NCBI GenBank assembly: GCA_947632065.1
Contig: CANRNO010000001.1
Location: 5,803 to 69,802, forward strand
Source of the DNA: an uncultured Bacilli bacterium
GTDB lineage: Bacteria > Bacillota_I > Bacilli_A > RF39 > UBA660
Length of the DNA: 64,000 nt
Reading direction: 5' to 3'
In this document: piece by piece, positions 48,015 through 59,189 of the stretch
Numbering within the stretch: position 1 is the first letter of the stretch
Layout of the letters: each line of letters starts with the position of its first letter
Notes under the pieces: model-generated
The model's input: only the letters and a program-made list of their open reading frames with translations
The model's database searches: none
What the model was told of the DNA's origin: nothing
Program-made: the position numbers and the translations under genes

Positions 48015-50969
48015 ATGTATTTAAAACAAATTAATACTAGTGGGTTTAAATCTTTTGCTAAAAAACTAGAAATATCACTAGGTAATAATATAACTTGTAT
48101 AGTTGGACCTAATGGTAGTGGTAAAAGTAATATAGTAGATGCTGTTAGATGGGTTTTAGGAGAACAAAGCGTTAAATCTCTACGTGGAGATAATACTATG
48201 AGTGACATTATATTCTCAGGAAGTAAAACTAGAAAACCATTAAATGTTGCAAGCGTCGAATTAATATTTGATAACAATGATCATTTTTTAAACATTCCCT
48301 ATACAGAGATATCTATCAAAAGAAGAATATATAGAAGTGGAGAAAATGAATATTTCTTAAATAATGAAAGATGTCGTCTTAAAGATTTAACTAATTTATT
48401 ATTAGATTCAGGTATAGGACGTGAATCATTTAATATTATCTCTCAAGGAGAAGTGGATAATATCCTATCATCATCTCCACAAGAAAGACGTGTAATATTT
48501 GAAGAAGCATCAGGAATATTAAAATACAAAAAAAGGAAAATAGAAGCATTAAGAAAACTAGAAAGAACACATAATAATTTAGATAGAATAAACGATATTA
48601 TCACCGAAATAGAAACCCAAGTAGAACCATTAAAAAGACAAAGTAAAAAAGCAAGAAAATATAAAGAAGCTAAAGATACTTTAGAAAAATATGAAATAGC
48701 CTTACTTGCCCATGATATAAAGTTCTACAAAGAAAAATTAGATACTATTATTAAGAAAATAGATGAATTAAATCAACAGATAATAGAACTTTCTAGTGAA
48801 ACATCTCTAATGGATTCAAAGTCTTTAGAAGATGCGTCTATTATATCAAAACTAGAACGTGATATTACAGAAGCAAATGAAAAATTATTAAAGACAACAG
48901 AAGAAGTAGAAAAGATAAATGGAGAACTTACTCTTTTGAAAGAAAGAAAGAAAAACCAAAAAGAAGATAGTGAAGTATTAGATGAAATAAGAAGATTATT
49001 AGAAGAAAAAGAGAGCTTATCATCAACCATTACTGTTGTAAAAAACGAAATAGAAAATATAAATAAAACACTAGAAGAAAATAAAAAATTAGAAAAAAAC
49101 CTTACAGAAGAGTTAAATAAAATAAAATCTAAAAAAGATAATCTTTCAATGAAAAGGAATTCTATTGATAGAGAACTTACTTCTCTTGATTATAAAATAA
49201 ATGGTCTTGAAAGAGAAATAGAAAATAATGACTCTTTTCCAATCTCTGTAAAAAAAGTATTAAATTCAATAAAATTAAATGGTATTTGTGATACTTTAGG
49301 TAATGTATTAAATGTAGAAGATAAATATCTAAAAGCCTTAGAGACCGCAACCGCATCTTCTAAAAACTTTATTATTACAAAAAATGAAAACTCAGCAAGA
49401 GATGCAATTTTGTACTTAAAAGAAAACTCTCTAGGACGAGCAACTTTCTTCCCACTTACAGTAATAGAAAAGAAAGAAGTAGATGCTAAAACATTAAAAG
49501 AGATAAAGGATAGCTCTGACTTTATAGATGTTTTAAGTAATTTAGTTACCTATGATAAAAAATATGAAAATATTATAAAAAATCAATTAGGTACCATTCT
49601 AGTATCAGAGAATATTGATAGTGCTATTAGATTATCTAAAAAAGTAAACAAAAGATATAGAATTATCACTTTAGATGGACAAACTATTAATACTGGTGGT
49701 TCTATGAGTGGTGGAAGTAATTATAAAAGTAAAAGTGTTATATCTTTAAGACGAGAATTAACAGTCTACAAAGAAAAGAAAAAGACATTAAAAGAAGAAA
49801 TAATTACTATAGAAGAACAATTAAAAGAAGTAGAAAAAGAACAAGAGGTAAAAGAAAAAGAATTCTTTAGTACTAAATCAAAAACAGTTTCATTAGAAGA
49901 AATGATAAATGTTCAAACAGAAAAAAAGAAAAACTCTGAAGAAAATCTTGAAAAGGTAAGTAAAGATTATGAAACTTATTCACATCTTAAAAATAAATCA
50001 ATCGATTCTAAAGAAGAAAAACTAACTTCTTTATATCATGAAAAACTTGCTTTAAAAGAAACTTTAAATAATGATATAAAACATAAAAATAAAACTTTAG
50101 AAGAATTAAAATTAAAACAAATAGAAAAAGCCGGAGAAGAAAAACTTAAAAATGCAAATCTTCGTAAATTAGAACATGAACTTTCTGATTATGAGGTAGA
50201 TAAAAATAGACTTGATGTAACACTTGATAATATGTTAAATACTTTAAACGAAGAATATTCAATGACTTATGAAAAAGCAGATAGTGATTATGAGTTAGAT
50301 ATAGAAGTAGAAGATGCAAGAAAAAAAGTTACCACTTGTAAAAATGAAATTAAAAAAATAGGAATGGTTAACTTAGATAGTATAGAAGAATATGAAAGAG
50401 TATCTACTAGATTTAACTTTTTAACAAATCAAAAAAATGACCTATTAAATGCTGAAGAAACTCTACTTTCTATAATGAATGATATGGATGAAGTAATGAT
50501 TTCTGAATTTGAAAAAACATTTAAAAAAGTTAAAGTAGAATTCCAAAAAGTATTTAAAGAATTATTTAAAGGTGGAAATGCTGATTTAATTTTAACTGAG
50601 CCTGATGATATTCTAACAACAGGAGTAGAAATAGTTGCATCCCCACCAGGTAAAAAACTAACATCAATTTCCCTTCTATCAGGAGGAGAAAAAACTCTAA
50701 CCGCAATAAGCCTACTATTTGCTATGCTAAATGTTAGAAGAGTGCCTTTCTGCTTATTTGATGAAGTGGAAGCAGCTCTAGATGAGGCTAATGTTGATGA
50801 GTTTGGAAAATATTTAGATCATTATAAAGATAAAACACAATTTTTAATTATAACCCATAAAAAGAAAACTATGGAATATGCTGATACATTATATGGTATT
50901 ACAATGCAAGAATCTGGTGTTTCTAAACTAGTTAGTGTTAAACTTAATGAAAAAGAAGAAATATTATAA
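48015..50969 (+). CDS. smc: Chromosome partition protein SMC (short coiled-coil form, ~984 aa)
   Basis: N-terminal Walker A GPNGSGKSN, a hinge region, and a C-terminal LSGGEKTLTAISLLFA signature plus Walker B LFDEVEAALD. Confidence 0.9.
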   Translation: MYLKQINTSGFKSFAKKLEISLGNNITCIVGPNGSGKSNIVDAVRWVLGEQSVKSLRGDNTMSDIIFSGSKTRKPLNVASVELIFDNNDHFLNIPYTEISIKRRIYRSGENEYFLNNERCRLKDLTNLLLDSGIGRESFNIISQGEVDNILSSSPQERRVIFEEASGILKYKKRKIEALRKLERTHNNLDRINDIITEIETQVEPLKRQSKKARKYKEAKDTLEKYEIALLAHDIKFYKEKLDTIIKKIDELNQQIIELSSETSLMDSKSLEDASIISKLERDITEANEKLLKTTEEVEKINGELTLLKERKKNQKEDSEVLDEIRRLLEEKESLSSTITVVKNEIENINKTLEENKKLEKNLTEELNKIKSKKDNLSMKRNSIDRELTSLDYKINGLEREIENNDSFPISVKKVLNSIKLNGICDTLGNVLNVEDKYLKALETATASSKNFIITKNENSARDAILYLKENSLGRATFFPLTVIEKKEVDAKTLKEIKDSSDFIDVLSNLVTYDKKYENIIKNQLGTILVSENIDSAIRLSKKVNKRYRIITLDGQTINTGGSMSGGSNYKSKSVISLRRELTVYKEKKKTLKEEIITIEEQLKEVEKEQEVKEKEFFSTKSKTVSLEEMINVQTEKKKNSEENLEKVSKDYETYSHLKNKSIDSKEEKLTSLYHEKLALKETLNNDIKHKNKTLEELKLKQIEKAGEEKLKNANLRKLEHELSDYEVDKNRLDVTLDNMLNTLNEEYSMTYEKADSDYELDIEVEDARKKVTTCKNEIKKIGMVNLDSIEEYERVSTRFNFLTNQKNDLLNAEETLLSIMNDMDEVMISEFEKTFKKVKVEFQKVFKELFKGGNADLILTEPDDILTTGVEIVASPPGKKLTSISLLSGGEKTLTAISLLFAMLNVRRVPFCLFDEVEAALDEANVDEFGKYLDHYKDKTQFLIITHKKKTMEYADTLYGITMQESGVSKLVSVKLNEKEEIL

Positions 50970-51055
50970 AAGATTAAATAAAATCTGTCTTTCTCTTTAA
51001 AAAAATATAAAAATATGATATAATTTCCTTCTGCGCTAAAAAGGAGGAAAGATAG

Positions 51056-51760
51056 ATGAAAAACATGATAGTTTCAGATTATGACGAAACATTATATCAA
51101 AACACATATCAACTAAGAGAAAACATAGAGGCTATTAAAGATTTTCGTAATCAAGGAAATATTTTTGTATTATCAACCGCAAGACCATATCATTCAATAA
51201 AAGAAGAAATAGACAAATATAATATTCCATTTGATTATTTAAGTTGTTCTGATGGAACTCATATATTCTATAATGATAGTTATCTTGCATCAGCACCTAT
51301 TAGCAGTAAAGCAATAAAGAAAATAACAGACATTGTTCCAAAACATTTAGAACCTGTCTTTTCCAAAAATAGCGAAAACGAAGTATTAGAAATGTATTAT
51401 AAAATAGATGGTACTTATGATGAAGAAAAAGTTTTATCATTAATAAATGAAAACTTAAAAGAGTATAGTAATTTAAGTGCTTTTTATGAATACATTTGGG
51501 AAGATAAGGTTATAATGATTAAAAGATGTGATATATCTAAATCAACTTCTGCAAAGAAAATTGCAAGACGTGAAAAAGTAGATTTTAGAAGAGTATTTAC
51601 AATAGGGGACGGACTTAATGATGTTCCTATGATTAAAGATTTTAATGGTTATGCTATAATAGGAGCTAAAGAAGAAGTACATGATGTATCACTTGGTTGT
51701 TATAAAACTGTAAGTGAGCTTATATATAATGTTTCAAAAAATACTGTAAAAGTAAAATGA
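51056..51760 (+). CDS. HAD-superfamily hydrolase (Cof-like phosphatase)
   Basis: N-terminal DYDETL (DxD motif) and C-terminal GDGLNDVPM. Confidence 0.7.
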   Translation: MKNMIVSDYDETLYQNTYQLRENIEAIKDFRNQGNIFVLSTARPYHSIKEEIDKYNIPFDYLSCSDGTHIFYNDSYLASAPISSKAIKKITDIVPKHLEPVFSKNSENEVLEMYYKIDGTYDEEKVLSLINENLKEYSNLSAFYEYIWEDKVIMIKRCDISKSTSAKKIARREKVDFRRVFTIGDGLNDVPMIKDFNGYAIIGAKEEVHDVSLGCYKTVSELIYNVSKNTVKVK

Positions 51761-51770
51761 GGTAATAAAT

Positions 51771-53048
51771 ATGTTTGTAGATGAGGTTAAATTAATAGTA
51801 AAAGCTGGTAATGGTGGAGATGGTTGTACTGCATTTCGCCGTGAAAAATACGTTCCAATGGGAGGACCTTTTGGAGGTAATGGTGGACATGGAGCAAGCA
51901 TCATATTTAAGGTAGATGAAGGGCTTCATACATTACTAGATTTAAGATATCAAAAGTTAATAAAAGGACATAAAGGAGAAAATGGTAAAGGTAAAAATCA
52001 ACATGGTAAGGGTGCAGAAGATGTTATTGTAAAAGTTCCAAGAGGAACAGTAGTAACAGATTTAGATACTGGACTTATTATTGCTGATTTAACTGATAAA
52101 GATAGTAGTTGTGTAGTTGCAAAAGGTGGAAGAGGAGGACGTGGTAACACTGCTTTTAAAACCCAAACAAATACAGCACCAGATTTCTCAGAAAAAGGAG
52201 AACCAGGAGAAGAAAGAGAATTAAAAGTAGAACTAAAAATGCTTGCTGATGTTGGTTTAGTAGGACTTCCAAGTGTAGGTAAATCAACTTTTATCTCATG
52301 TGTATCCCATTCACGTCCAAAAATTGCTGCTTACCATTTCACAACACTTTATCCAAATTTAGGAGTTGCAAAAAGTAAAAACAATAGAAGTTTTGTAATC
52401 GCAGATCTTCCAGGACTAATCAAGGGAGCCTCAACAGGAGAAGGATTAGGAGATAGATTCTTAAAACATATAGAAAGAACTAAAATCATTGCTCATGTCA
52501 TAGATATGTCAGGAAGCGAAGGAAGAGACCCTTATGAAGATTATCTTACAATAAATAAAGAACTAGAAGAATACAGTGAAAAACTATTAAAAAAACCTCA
52601 AATAATTATAGCCAATAAAATGGATATAGAAGGATCACAAAAATTACTTTCAGAATTTAAAAACAAAGTAAAAGATGTAGAAATATTTGAAATAAGCGCA
52701 GCGTTAAATAAAGGACTAGATAAAGTAATAGATCGTCTAGGTGAATTATTAGAAGACCTACCTGATACAACATTATATCAAGACGATGCTTTTGAAAGTC
52801 ATGTTTTATATAAATTCGAAAGTGAAAAACCATTTGAAATAGAAAAAGAAGATGATTCTACTTGGCATATTAAAGGAGAAAAAATAGAAAAATTATTTAA
52901 AATGACAAAAATAGAATCTGAAGAAGGAATGAATAGATTCCTAAAAAAATTAAGAAGACTTGGTGTAGATGATAAACTAAAAGAATTAGGAGTAAAAGAA
53001 AATGACCAAGTAAGAATATTAGATTTCTATTTTACATACAAAGATTAA
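51771..53048 (+). CDS. obg: GTPase Obg
   Basis: Gly-rich Obg fold N-terminus, G-domain GLPSVGKST and DLPGLI, C-terminal OCT/TGS-like domain. Confidence 0.95.
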   Translation: MFVDEVKLIVKAGNGGDGCTAFRREKYVPMGGPFGGNGGHGASIIFKVDEGLHTLLDLRYQKLIKGHKGENGKGKNQHGKGAEDVIVKVPRGTVVTDLDTGLIIADLTDKDSSCVVAKGGRGGRGNTAFKTQTNTAPDFSEKGEPGEERELKVELKMLADVGLVGLPSVGKSTFISCVSHSRPKIAAYHFTTLYPNLGVAKSKNNRSFVIADLPGLIKGASTGEGLGDRFLKHIERTKIIAHVIDMSGSEGRDPYEDYLTINKELEEYSEKLLKKPQIIIANKMDIEGSQKLLSEFKNKVKDVEIFEISAALNKGLDKVIDRLGELLEDLPDTTLYQDDAFESHVLYKFESEKPFEIEKEDDSTWHIKGEKIEKLFKMTKIESEEGMNRFLKKLRRLGVDDKLKELGVKENDQVRILDFYFTYKD

Positions 53049-53111
53049 TAAAAAAGTCTCAAAATGTTATGAATTTTGAGATTTTTAATATATAATAATA
53101 TTGGTGATATA

Positions 53112-53732
53112 ATGGATAACGAAAAGTATGAAAAAGAACTAAAAAATAAAGGCATAAAATTAATTGCTGGAGTAGATGAAGTAGGTCGTGGTCCCTTAGT
53201 CGGACCCGTTGTAGCCTCCGCTGTTATTTTAAAAGATAACTACTCTTTAGTTGGACTTACAGACTCTAAGAAATTAAGTGAGAAAAAAAGGAATTATTTC
53301 TTTGATGAAATAAAAAAACAAGCAATATCTATTGGAATAGGTATAATAGATGAAGAAAAAATTGATGAAGTAAATATTTATGAGGCAACAAAACTTGCTA
53401 TGAAAGAAGCAATAAATCAATTAAATCCTAAACCAGAACATATATTAATAGATGCTATGCCACTTGATATAGATATACCTACAACTTCCATTATAAAAGG
53501 GGATTTAAAAAGTATAACAATAAGTGCTGCTAGTGTAATTGCTAAAGTTACAAGAGATAAAATGATGTATGAATTAGATGAAAAGTATCCTATGTATGAC
53601 TTTAAAAACAATAAAGGATATCCAACTAAAAAACATCTAGAAGCACTAAGTGAATATGGAGTCTTAAAAGAACATAGAAAAACTTTTGGACCAGTAAAAA
53701 AAGAAATAGAAAAGTTAAAAGAGGTAAAATAG
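53112..53732 (+). CDS. rnhB: Ribonuclease HII
   Basis: [15 protein letters not shown] catalytic motif; start trimmed to MDNEKYE. Confidence 0.9.
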   Translation: MDNEKYEKELKNKGIKLIAGVDEVGRGPLVGPVVASAVILKDNYSLVGLTDSKKLSEKKRNYFFDEIKKQAISIGIGIIDEEKIDEVNIYEATKLAMKEAINQLNPKPEHILIDAMPLDIDIPTTSIIKGDLKSITISAASVIAKVTRDKMMYELDEKYPMYDFKNNKGYPTKKHLEALSEYGVLKEHRKTFGPVKKEIEKLKEVK

Positions 53733-53736
53733 TATT

Positions 53737-54891
53737 ATGTTACAAAGAATATTTATTAAAGATTATAAAAATATAAATGATAGAAAAGTAAGAAGTAAAT
53801 ATGGAACTCTTGCTGGAGTTTTTGGAATAGTTACTAATCTTTTCTTATGTACTATAAAAATAATTATTGGACTAGCCGCAAGTAGTGTTACTATTATGGC
53901 AGATGGTTTTAATAATTTATCAGACTCACTATCATCAGTAATTACTCTAATTGGTTTTTATCTTGCTAAAAGAAAAGCAGATAAAGATCATCCCTTTGGA
54001 CATGCAAGATATGAATATCTAACAGGTACCCTAATTGCTTATTTCATATTTTTAATGGGACTATTTTTCTTAAAAGAATCAGTAGATAAAATAATTTCGC
54101 CACAAGCACTACATATAAGCGTTATAACTTATATAGTATTAATAATTGCTATTTTAATAAAACTTTTCCAAATGTATATTTATCTAGATCTAGCAAACGA
54201 TTCTAAAAGCCAAACTATAAAAGCAAGTGCATATGACTCAAGAAATGATGCTATCGCTACAACTACAGTATTAATATCTATGATAGTAATGAGCCTATTT
54301 AATATTAATATAGATGGAATAATGGGACTTTTAGTATCACTATTTATAATTTATTCTAGTATAAGTCTAATAAAAGAAATGATAGATCCTCTACTTGGAC
54401 AAAAAGCAACTAAAGAACAAGTAGATCTTATTACTAAAAAATTACTTAAATATGAAGATATAAAAGGAATACATGATTTAGTAATTCATAATTATGGTGA
54501 GACTACAACCTTTGTAACAGTACATGCTGAAGTAGATGATAAAATGACTTTAATAGAAGCAAATACTATTATGGATAATATAGAAATAGAGTTTTTTGAA
54601 AAATATAATATATATCTAACTATCCATACAGATCCAGTTAATTCAAATGATAAATTAACTAATAATCTAAAAAAAGAAGTAAAAAATATTTTAAAGAAAT
54701 TTGATAAAACTCTAACACTTCATGACTTTAGAGTAGTAAGTGCAAAAGACCATACTAAAGTAATTTTCGATGTAGTAATACCTTATGATAAAAACTATAA
54801 AAAAGAAGATTTACAAGAAATATTAAATAAGAGTTTTAAAGATAAAACTAAATATTATTTCTTAATAAAAATAGATAGACCATTTTATTAA
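53737..54891 (+). CDS. Cation diffusion facilitator (CDF) family transporter
   Basis: Six TM with HxxxD-type motifs (ADGFNNLSD; DSRNDAIAT), plus a C-terminal cytoplasmic domain. Confidence 0.8.
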   Translation: MLQRIFIKDYKNINDRKVRSKYGTLAGVFGIVTNLFLCTIKIIIGLAASSVTIMADGFNNLSDSLSSVITLIGFYLAKRKADKDHPFGHARYEYLTGTLIAYFIFLMGLFFLKESVDKIISPQALHISVITYIVLIIAILIKLFQMYIYLDLANDSKSQTIKASAYDSRNDAIATTTVLISMIVMSLFNINIDGIMGLLVSLFIIYSSISLIKEMIDPLLGQKATKEQVDLITKKLLKYEDIKGIHDLVIHNYGETTTFVTVHAEVDDKMTLIEANTIMDNIEIEFFEKYNIYLTIHTDPVNSNDKLTNNLKKEVKNILKKFDKTLTLHDFRVVSAKDHTKVIFDVVIPYDKNYKKEDLQEILNKSFKDKTKYYFLIKIDRPFY

Positions 54892-54992
54892 AATAAAGAT
54901 TTTTATATCTTTATTTTTTTGCGTACCTTTGTTTGAAAACTAGTTGCTTTTAAATAATATTTAGTTTATAATAAATTTAGGAAGTGATAATT

Positions 54993-55553
54993 ATGTATGA
55001 TTATATTACTGGAGAAGTAACACACATTTATAGTAATAGTATTGCCTTAGATAATAATGGAATAGGATTTTTAATTTATACACCAAATCCTTATAAATTC
55101 CAAGAAAATAAAAAGTATAAAGTATATCTCCACCAGCTAATAACAGAAACAGAAAACTCTCTTTTTGGTTTTGAAACACAAGAAGAAAGAGAACTATTTT
55201 TAAAATTAATTAATGTAAAAGGTCTTGGATGTAGAATGGCTCTTCCAATTATCGCAACTGGATCAATAGATGGAATAATTGATGCAATTGAAAGAGAAAA
55301 CATATTGTATTTAAAAAAATTCCCTAAAATAGGAGATAAACTCGCAAGACAAATGATTCTTGATTTAAAAGGAAAACTTGGAAGTATATCGAGTGATGTT
55401 GTAGTAGACGACGAAAGTTTAGATGAATTAAAAGAAGTTCTAAAAGGACTTGGATATAAAGAAAAAGATATTAAGGGTATAGTTAAGAAAGTAGATGTAA
55501 CTAAACCAATAGAAGAACAAATAAAAGATGCTTTAAAACTTTTACTAAAATAG
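54993..55553 (+). CDS. ruvA: Holliday junction DNA helicase RuvA
   Basis: MYDYITGEV start; HhH motifs (GLGCRMALPII; FPKIGDKLARQMILDLKG). Confidence 0.9.
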   Translation: MYDYITGEVTHIYSNSIALDNNGIGFLIYTPNPYKFQENKKYKVYLHQLITETENSLFGFETQEERELFLKLINVKGLGCRMALPIIATGSIDGIIDAIERENILYLKKFPKIGDKLARQMILDLKGKLGSISSDVVVDDESLDELKEVLKGLGYKEKDIKGIVKKVDVTKPIEEQIKDALKLLLK

Positions 55554-55564
55554 GAGGATAACTT

Positions 55565-56563
55565 ATGGATGAGAGAATTATTACAGAAGAAAAAATAGAA
55601 GAAGATAATGATACAGAACAATCAATAAGACCAGATTCCATAGAAGAATATATTGGACAAAAAGATGTAAAAGAAAATATAAAAGTATTTATTGAGTCCG
55701 CTAAGATAAGAGATGAATCTCTAGATCATGTTCTATTATATGGACCTCCAGGACTTGGAAAAACAACTCTTGCTCATATTATTGCTAATGAACTTGGAAG
55801 TGATATTAAAACTGCAACTGGTCCAAGTATAGAAAAACCAGGAGACTTAGCCGCAATACTTTCAACACTAGAACCAGGTGATGTTTTATTTATAGATGAA
55901 ATACATAGAATACCTAAATATATAGAAGAAATACTTTATCCTGCTATGGAAGATTTTTCACTTGATATAATAATTGGAAACGATGGTAATAGTCGTAATA
56001 TAAGAATAGACCTACCACCATTTACTCTAGTAGGAGCGACCACTAGAGCAGGAGATCTTACATCTCCCTTAAGAGATCGTTTTGGAATAATTGCTAAATT
56101 ACAATATTACACAAAAGAAGAATTAACACAAATAGTAAAAAGAACATCTCGTGTATTAGGTGTAACAATAGAAGATGATGCTGCAAAAGTACTTGCTAGT
56201 CGATCACGTGGAACACCAAGAATTGCTAATCGTCTTTTCAAAAGAGTAAGAGACTTCGCTTTAGTAGAAGGACTAGGTGTAATAGATAAAGAAATAACAG
56301 AAAAAGCCCTTGATAGACTTAAAGTTGATAACTTAGGATTAGATGAGGTTGATCATCAATTATTAAAATCAATTATATTTAAATTTAATGGTGGACCTGT
56401 TGGAGTAGAGGCAATCGCCTCAACAATAGGAGAAGAAGTATCAACAATAGAAGATGTATACGAACCATTCTTACTACAAAATGGACTTTTAAAAAGAACA
56501 TCTCGTGGTCGTGTAGTAACAAAAAAAGGATATGAAGCTTTAGGACTAGAAGAAATGGCATAA
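55565..56563 (+). CDS. ruvB: Holliday junction DNA helicase RuvB
   Basis: AAA+ Walker [12 protein letters not shown], Walker B LFIDEIHR, sensor and winged-helix domains. Confidence 0.95.
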   Translation: MDERIITEEKIEEDNDTEQSIRPDSIEEYIGQKDVKENIKVFIESAKIRDESLDHVLLYGPPGLGKTTLAHIIANELGSDIKTATGPSIEKPGDLAAILSTLEPGDVLFIDEIHRIPKYIEEILYPAMEDFSLDIIIGNDGNSRNIRIDLPPFTLVGATTRAGDLTSPLRDRFGIIAKLQYYTKEELTQIVKRTSRVLGVTIEDDAAKVLASRSRGTPRIANRLFKRVRDFALVEGLGVIDKEITEKALDRLKVDNLGLDEVDHQLLKSIIFKFNGGPVGVEAIASTIGEEVSTIEDVYEPFLLQNGLLKRTSRGRVVTKKGYEALGLEEMA

Positions 56564-56575
56564 AGGAGTAAAAAG

Positions 56576-57601
56576 ATGAATATAGAAGACTTTGATTATA
56601 ATTTACCAGAAGAACTAATTGCTCAAACACCAAAGAAAAAAAGAGATACTTCACGTCTTATGGTATTAAATAGAAAAACACAAGAAATAGAACATAAACA
56701 TTTCTACGACATAATAGATTATTTAAATAAAGGTGATGTTTTAGTATTAAATGATACTAAAGTATTACCTGCAAGACTTATTGGAGAAAAAGAAGAAACA
56801 AAAGCAGTAATAGAAATATTACTTCTAAAAAATATAGAAAATGATACTTGGGAATGTTTAACTAAACCAGCAAGAAGGATAAAAGAAGGAACTATTGTCT
56901 CTTTTGGAAATGGAATGTTAAAAGCAAAATGTATTAAAGTAGAAGATGAAGGAATAAGACATTTTGAACTTATATATGAAGGAATACTTTATGAAGTATT
57001 AGAAAAGTTAGGTACTATGCCACTTCCTCCATATATTCATAAGACACTAAAAGATCAAAATCGTTATCAAACAGTGTATGCCAAAGAATTAGGTTCCGCA
57101 GCAGCACCAACCGCAGGACTTCATTTTACAAAAGAATTAATGGAAAAAATAAAAAACAAAGGAATAATTATTACTTATGTAACACTTCATGTTGGACTTG
57201 GAACATTTCGTCCAGTAGAAACAGATAATATCCTAGATCATAAAATGCATGAGGAGTTTTACATAATGACAAAAGAAACAGCTGATATATTAAATAAAGC
57301 TAAAAAAGAAAATAGAAGAATAATATCAGTTGGAACAACTTCAACTAGAGTACTAGAAACAGTAAAGTCTCAAAATGATAAATTTATAGAAACAAGTGGT
57401 TGGACTAATATCTTTATTTATCCAAGATATGAGTTTAAAGCAATAGATGGATTAATTACTAATTTCCATTTACCAAAATCAACTCTAATAATGTTAGTAT
57501 CATCCCTTGCAGGACGTGAATTTATATTAAAAGCATATAAAGAAGCAGTAGATAAACAATATAGATTCTTCTCATTTGGAGATGCTATGTTTATTTTCTA
57601 A
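56576..57601 (+). CDS. queA: S-adenosylmethionine:tRNA ribosyltransferase-isomerase QueA
   Basis: [29 protein letters not shown] and VGTTS motifs. Confidence 0.95.
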   Translation: MNIEDFDYNLPEELIAQTPKKKRDTSRLMVLNRKTQEIEHKHFYDIIDYLNKGDVLVLNDTKVLPARLIGEKEETKAVIEILLLKNIENDTWECLTKPARRIKEGTIVSFGNGMLKAKCIKVEDEGIRHFELIYEGILYEVLEKLGTMPLPPYIHKTLKDQNRYQTVYAKELGSAAAPTAGLHFTKELMEKIKNKGIIITYVTLHVGLGTFRPVETDNILDHKMHEEFYIMTKETADILNKAKKENRRIISVGTTSTRVLETVKSQNDKFIETSGWTNIFIYPRYEFKAIDGLITNFHLPKSTLIMLVSSLAGREFILKAYKEAVDKQYRFFSFGDAMFIF

Positions 57602-57689
57602 AATACACAAATTGACAAAAATATTTCAATAAATATATTAAAATATTTATTGATTTCTTTTTAAATGTTATAATAAGCATATAGTGTAG

Positions 57690-58502
57690 GTGATGCCCAT
57701 GCAAAAAGCAAAAGGCTATTTTATGTTTATAATATTAAATGTTTTCTCAATACTCATTTTTATAATGGGAGCATTTATAATATTTAAAAGTTTTTCATTC
57801 GCACCAGCAAAAAATATTAAAGAATTAAATATAGAAAAAGATATAAATTATAAAATAGAAACCAAAGAAGAAAATAAAGAAATAAAAGAAAACGAAGATA
57901 TAATCGCATCCACAATTTCTAAAATAAAACCTAATTTTTCTATTACAATAAAAACGAAGAACAAACAAAATATAAAATATAAATATAAAGTAAATGCAAC
58001 ATTAAATGCTACATCTAATGAACAAATAGTAAAAAGTAAAAAATACACTTTAGTTCCAAAAAAAGAAATAAAACTAGAACAAGTAAATAAGGAAACAGTA
58101 ACAGAAGATTTAACATTAAATTATGAAGATTTTATAAAAGATAGTGAAGATATAAAAGCTGAAAGTGGAGAGCTAATAAATTCAACACTAATAGTAAATA
58201 TGAATATCGAAGGAGAAACTAAAAAAGAAACATTTTCAGAATTTCTAAAACTAAAAATACCAATAACTAATCAAAATAAAAAAATAAAAATAATTAAAAA
58301 CTATTCTAAAAAAGCAAAATCAATCGCACCTAAATATGTATTTAAAATAGAAAAATATAATTACTTATTAGGTGGTATAATAATATTAATTGGAGCATTA
58401 ACACTATTTATTACAAGTATTATTTATATAAAAAGAATAAAAGAAATTAAAAAAATAAGAAAAAGAATAACAAAATTAAAAAATGCTACTAAAAGAAGAT
58501 AA
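57690..58502 (+). CDS. Hypothetical Lys-rich protein with two TM segments
   Basis: A TM near the N-terminus and another near the C-terminus flanking a K/E/N-rich ectodomain. Confidence 0.35.
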   Translation: MMPMQKAKGYFMFIILNVFSILIFIMGAFIIFKSFSFAPAKNIKELNIEKDINYKIETKEENKEIKENEDIIASTISKIKPNFSITIKTKNKQNIKYKYKVNATLNATSNEQIVKSKKYTLVPKKEIKLEQVNKETVTEDLTLNYEDFIKDSEDIKAESGELINSTLIVNMNIEGETKKETFSEFLKLKIPITNQNKKIKIIKNYSKKAKSIAPKYVFKIEKYNYLLGGIIILIGALTLFITSIIYIKRIKEIKKIRKRITKLKNATKRR

Positions 58503-58517
58503 AAAGGATGTGATAAA

Positions 58518-58760
58518 GTGTCAGTATTTAATATAGTTATATATATTTTAGAAATTATATTATTAATAGCACTAATAATTCTATCTGTAAAATGTATATT
58601 TTTTATAGAAAATGCAAATAATTTTATTATAGATTTACAAAATAAGGTAAATTCATTTAATTATATTTTTTCATCAATTAATAAAGTAAGTTTATTTATA
58701 TTAAACATACCAAATTATATAAATAACTTTACAAATAAAATATTTAGAAGAAAGGGTTGA
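58518..58760 (+). CDS. Small membrane protein
   Basis: 80-aa hydrophobic ORF; overlaps the next gene by 4 nt. Confidence 0.3.
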   Translation: MSVFNIVIYILEIILLIALIILSVKCIFFIENANNFIIDLQNKVNSFNYIFSSINKVSLFILNIPNYINNFTNKIFRRKG

Positions 58761-59164
58761 TAATTATGTCAAAAGAAAGAAGTTTAACATCATTAGTCGC
58801 AGGAGTTGCATTAGGTATAGGATTAGGAGTATTATTCGCACCAAAGAAAGGTAGTGAAACAAGAGAAGATTTAAAAAAAGAATATAAAAAGATGACCAAA
58901 AAAATAGGAGAAATTGATAAAGAAGACATCGAAGAATTTATAAAAGATGCAAAAATAGAAATAGAACAAGAATTAAAAGATTTAAATAAAGAAAAAGTTC
59001 TAAAAAAAGCAAAAGACAAAGCAAACGAAATAAAAATAAGTTGTGATGAAATATTAAATATGGCAAAAGAAGCAGGTAATGAAAGTTTAGAAAAAGCAAC
59101 TAAAGAATTTAAAACAAAAACAGTAAAAGTATTAAAAGAAATAATTAATAAACTAGAAGCATAA
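58757..59164 (+). CDS. YtxH-like (DUF948) membrane-anchored coiled-coil protein
   Basis: LVAGVALGIGLGVLFAPKKGSETREDLKK N-terminus is typical of YtxH-family proteins. Confidence 0.45.
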   Translation: MIIMSKERSLTSLVAGVALGIGLGVLFAPKKGSETREDLKKEYKKMTKKIGEIDKEDIEEFIKDAKIEIEQELKDLNKEKVLKKAKDKANEIKISCDEILNMAKEAGNESLEKATKEFKTKTVKVLKEIINKLEA

Positions 59165-59189
59165 TTTTAATTATAAAAGATATTATTGG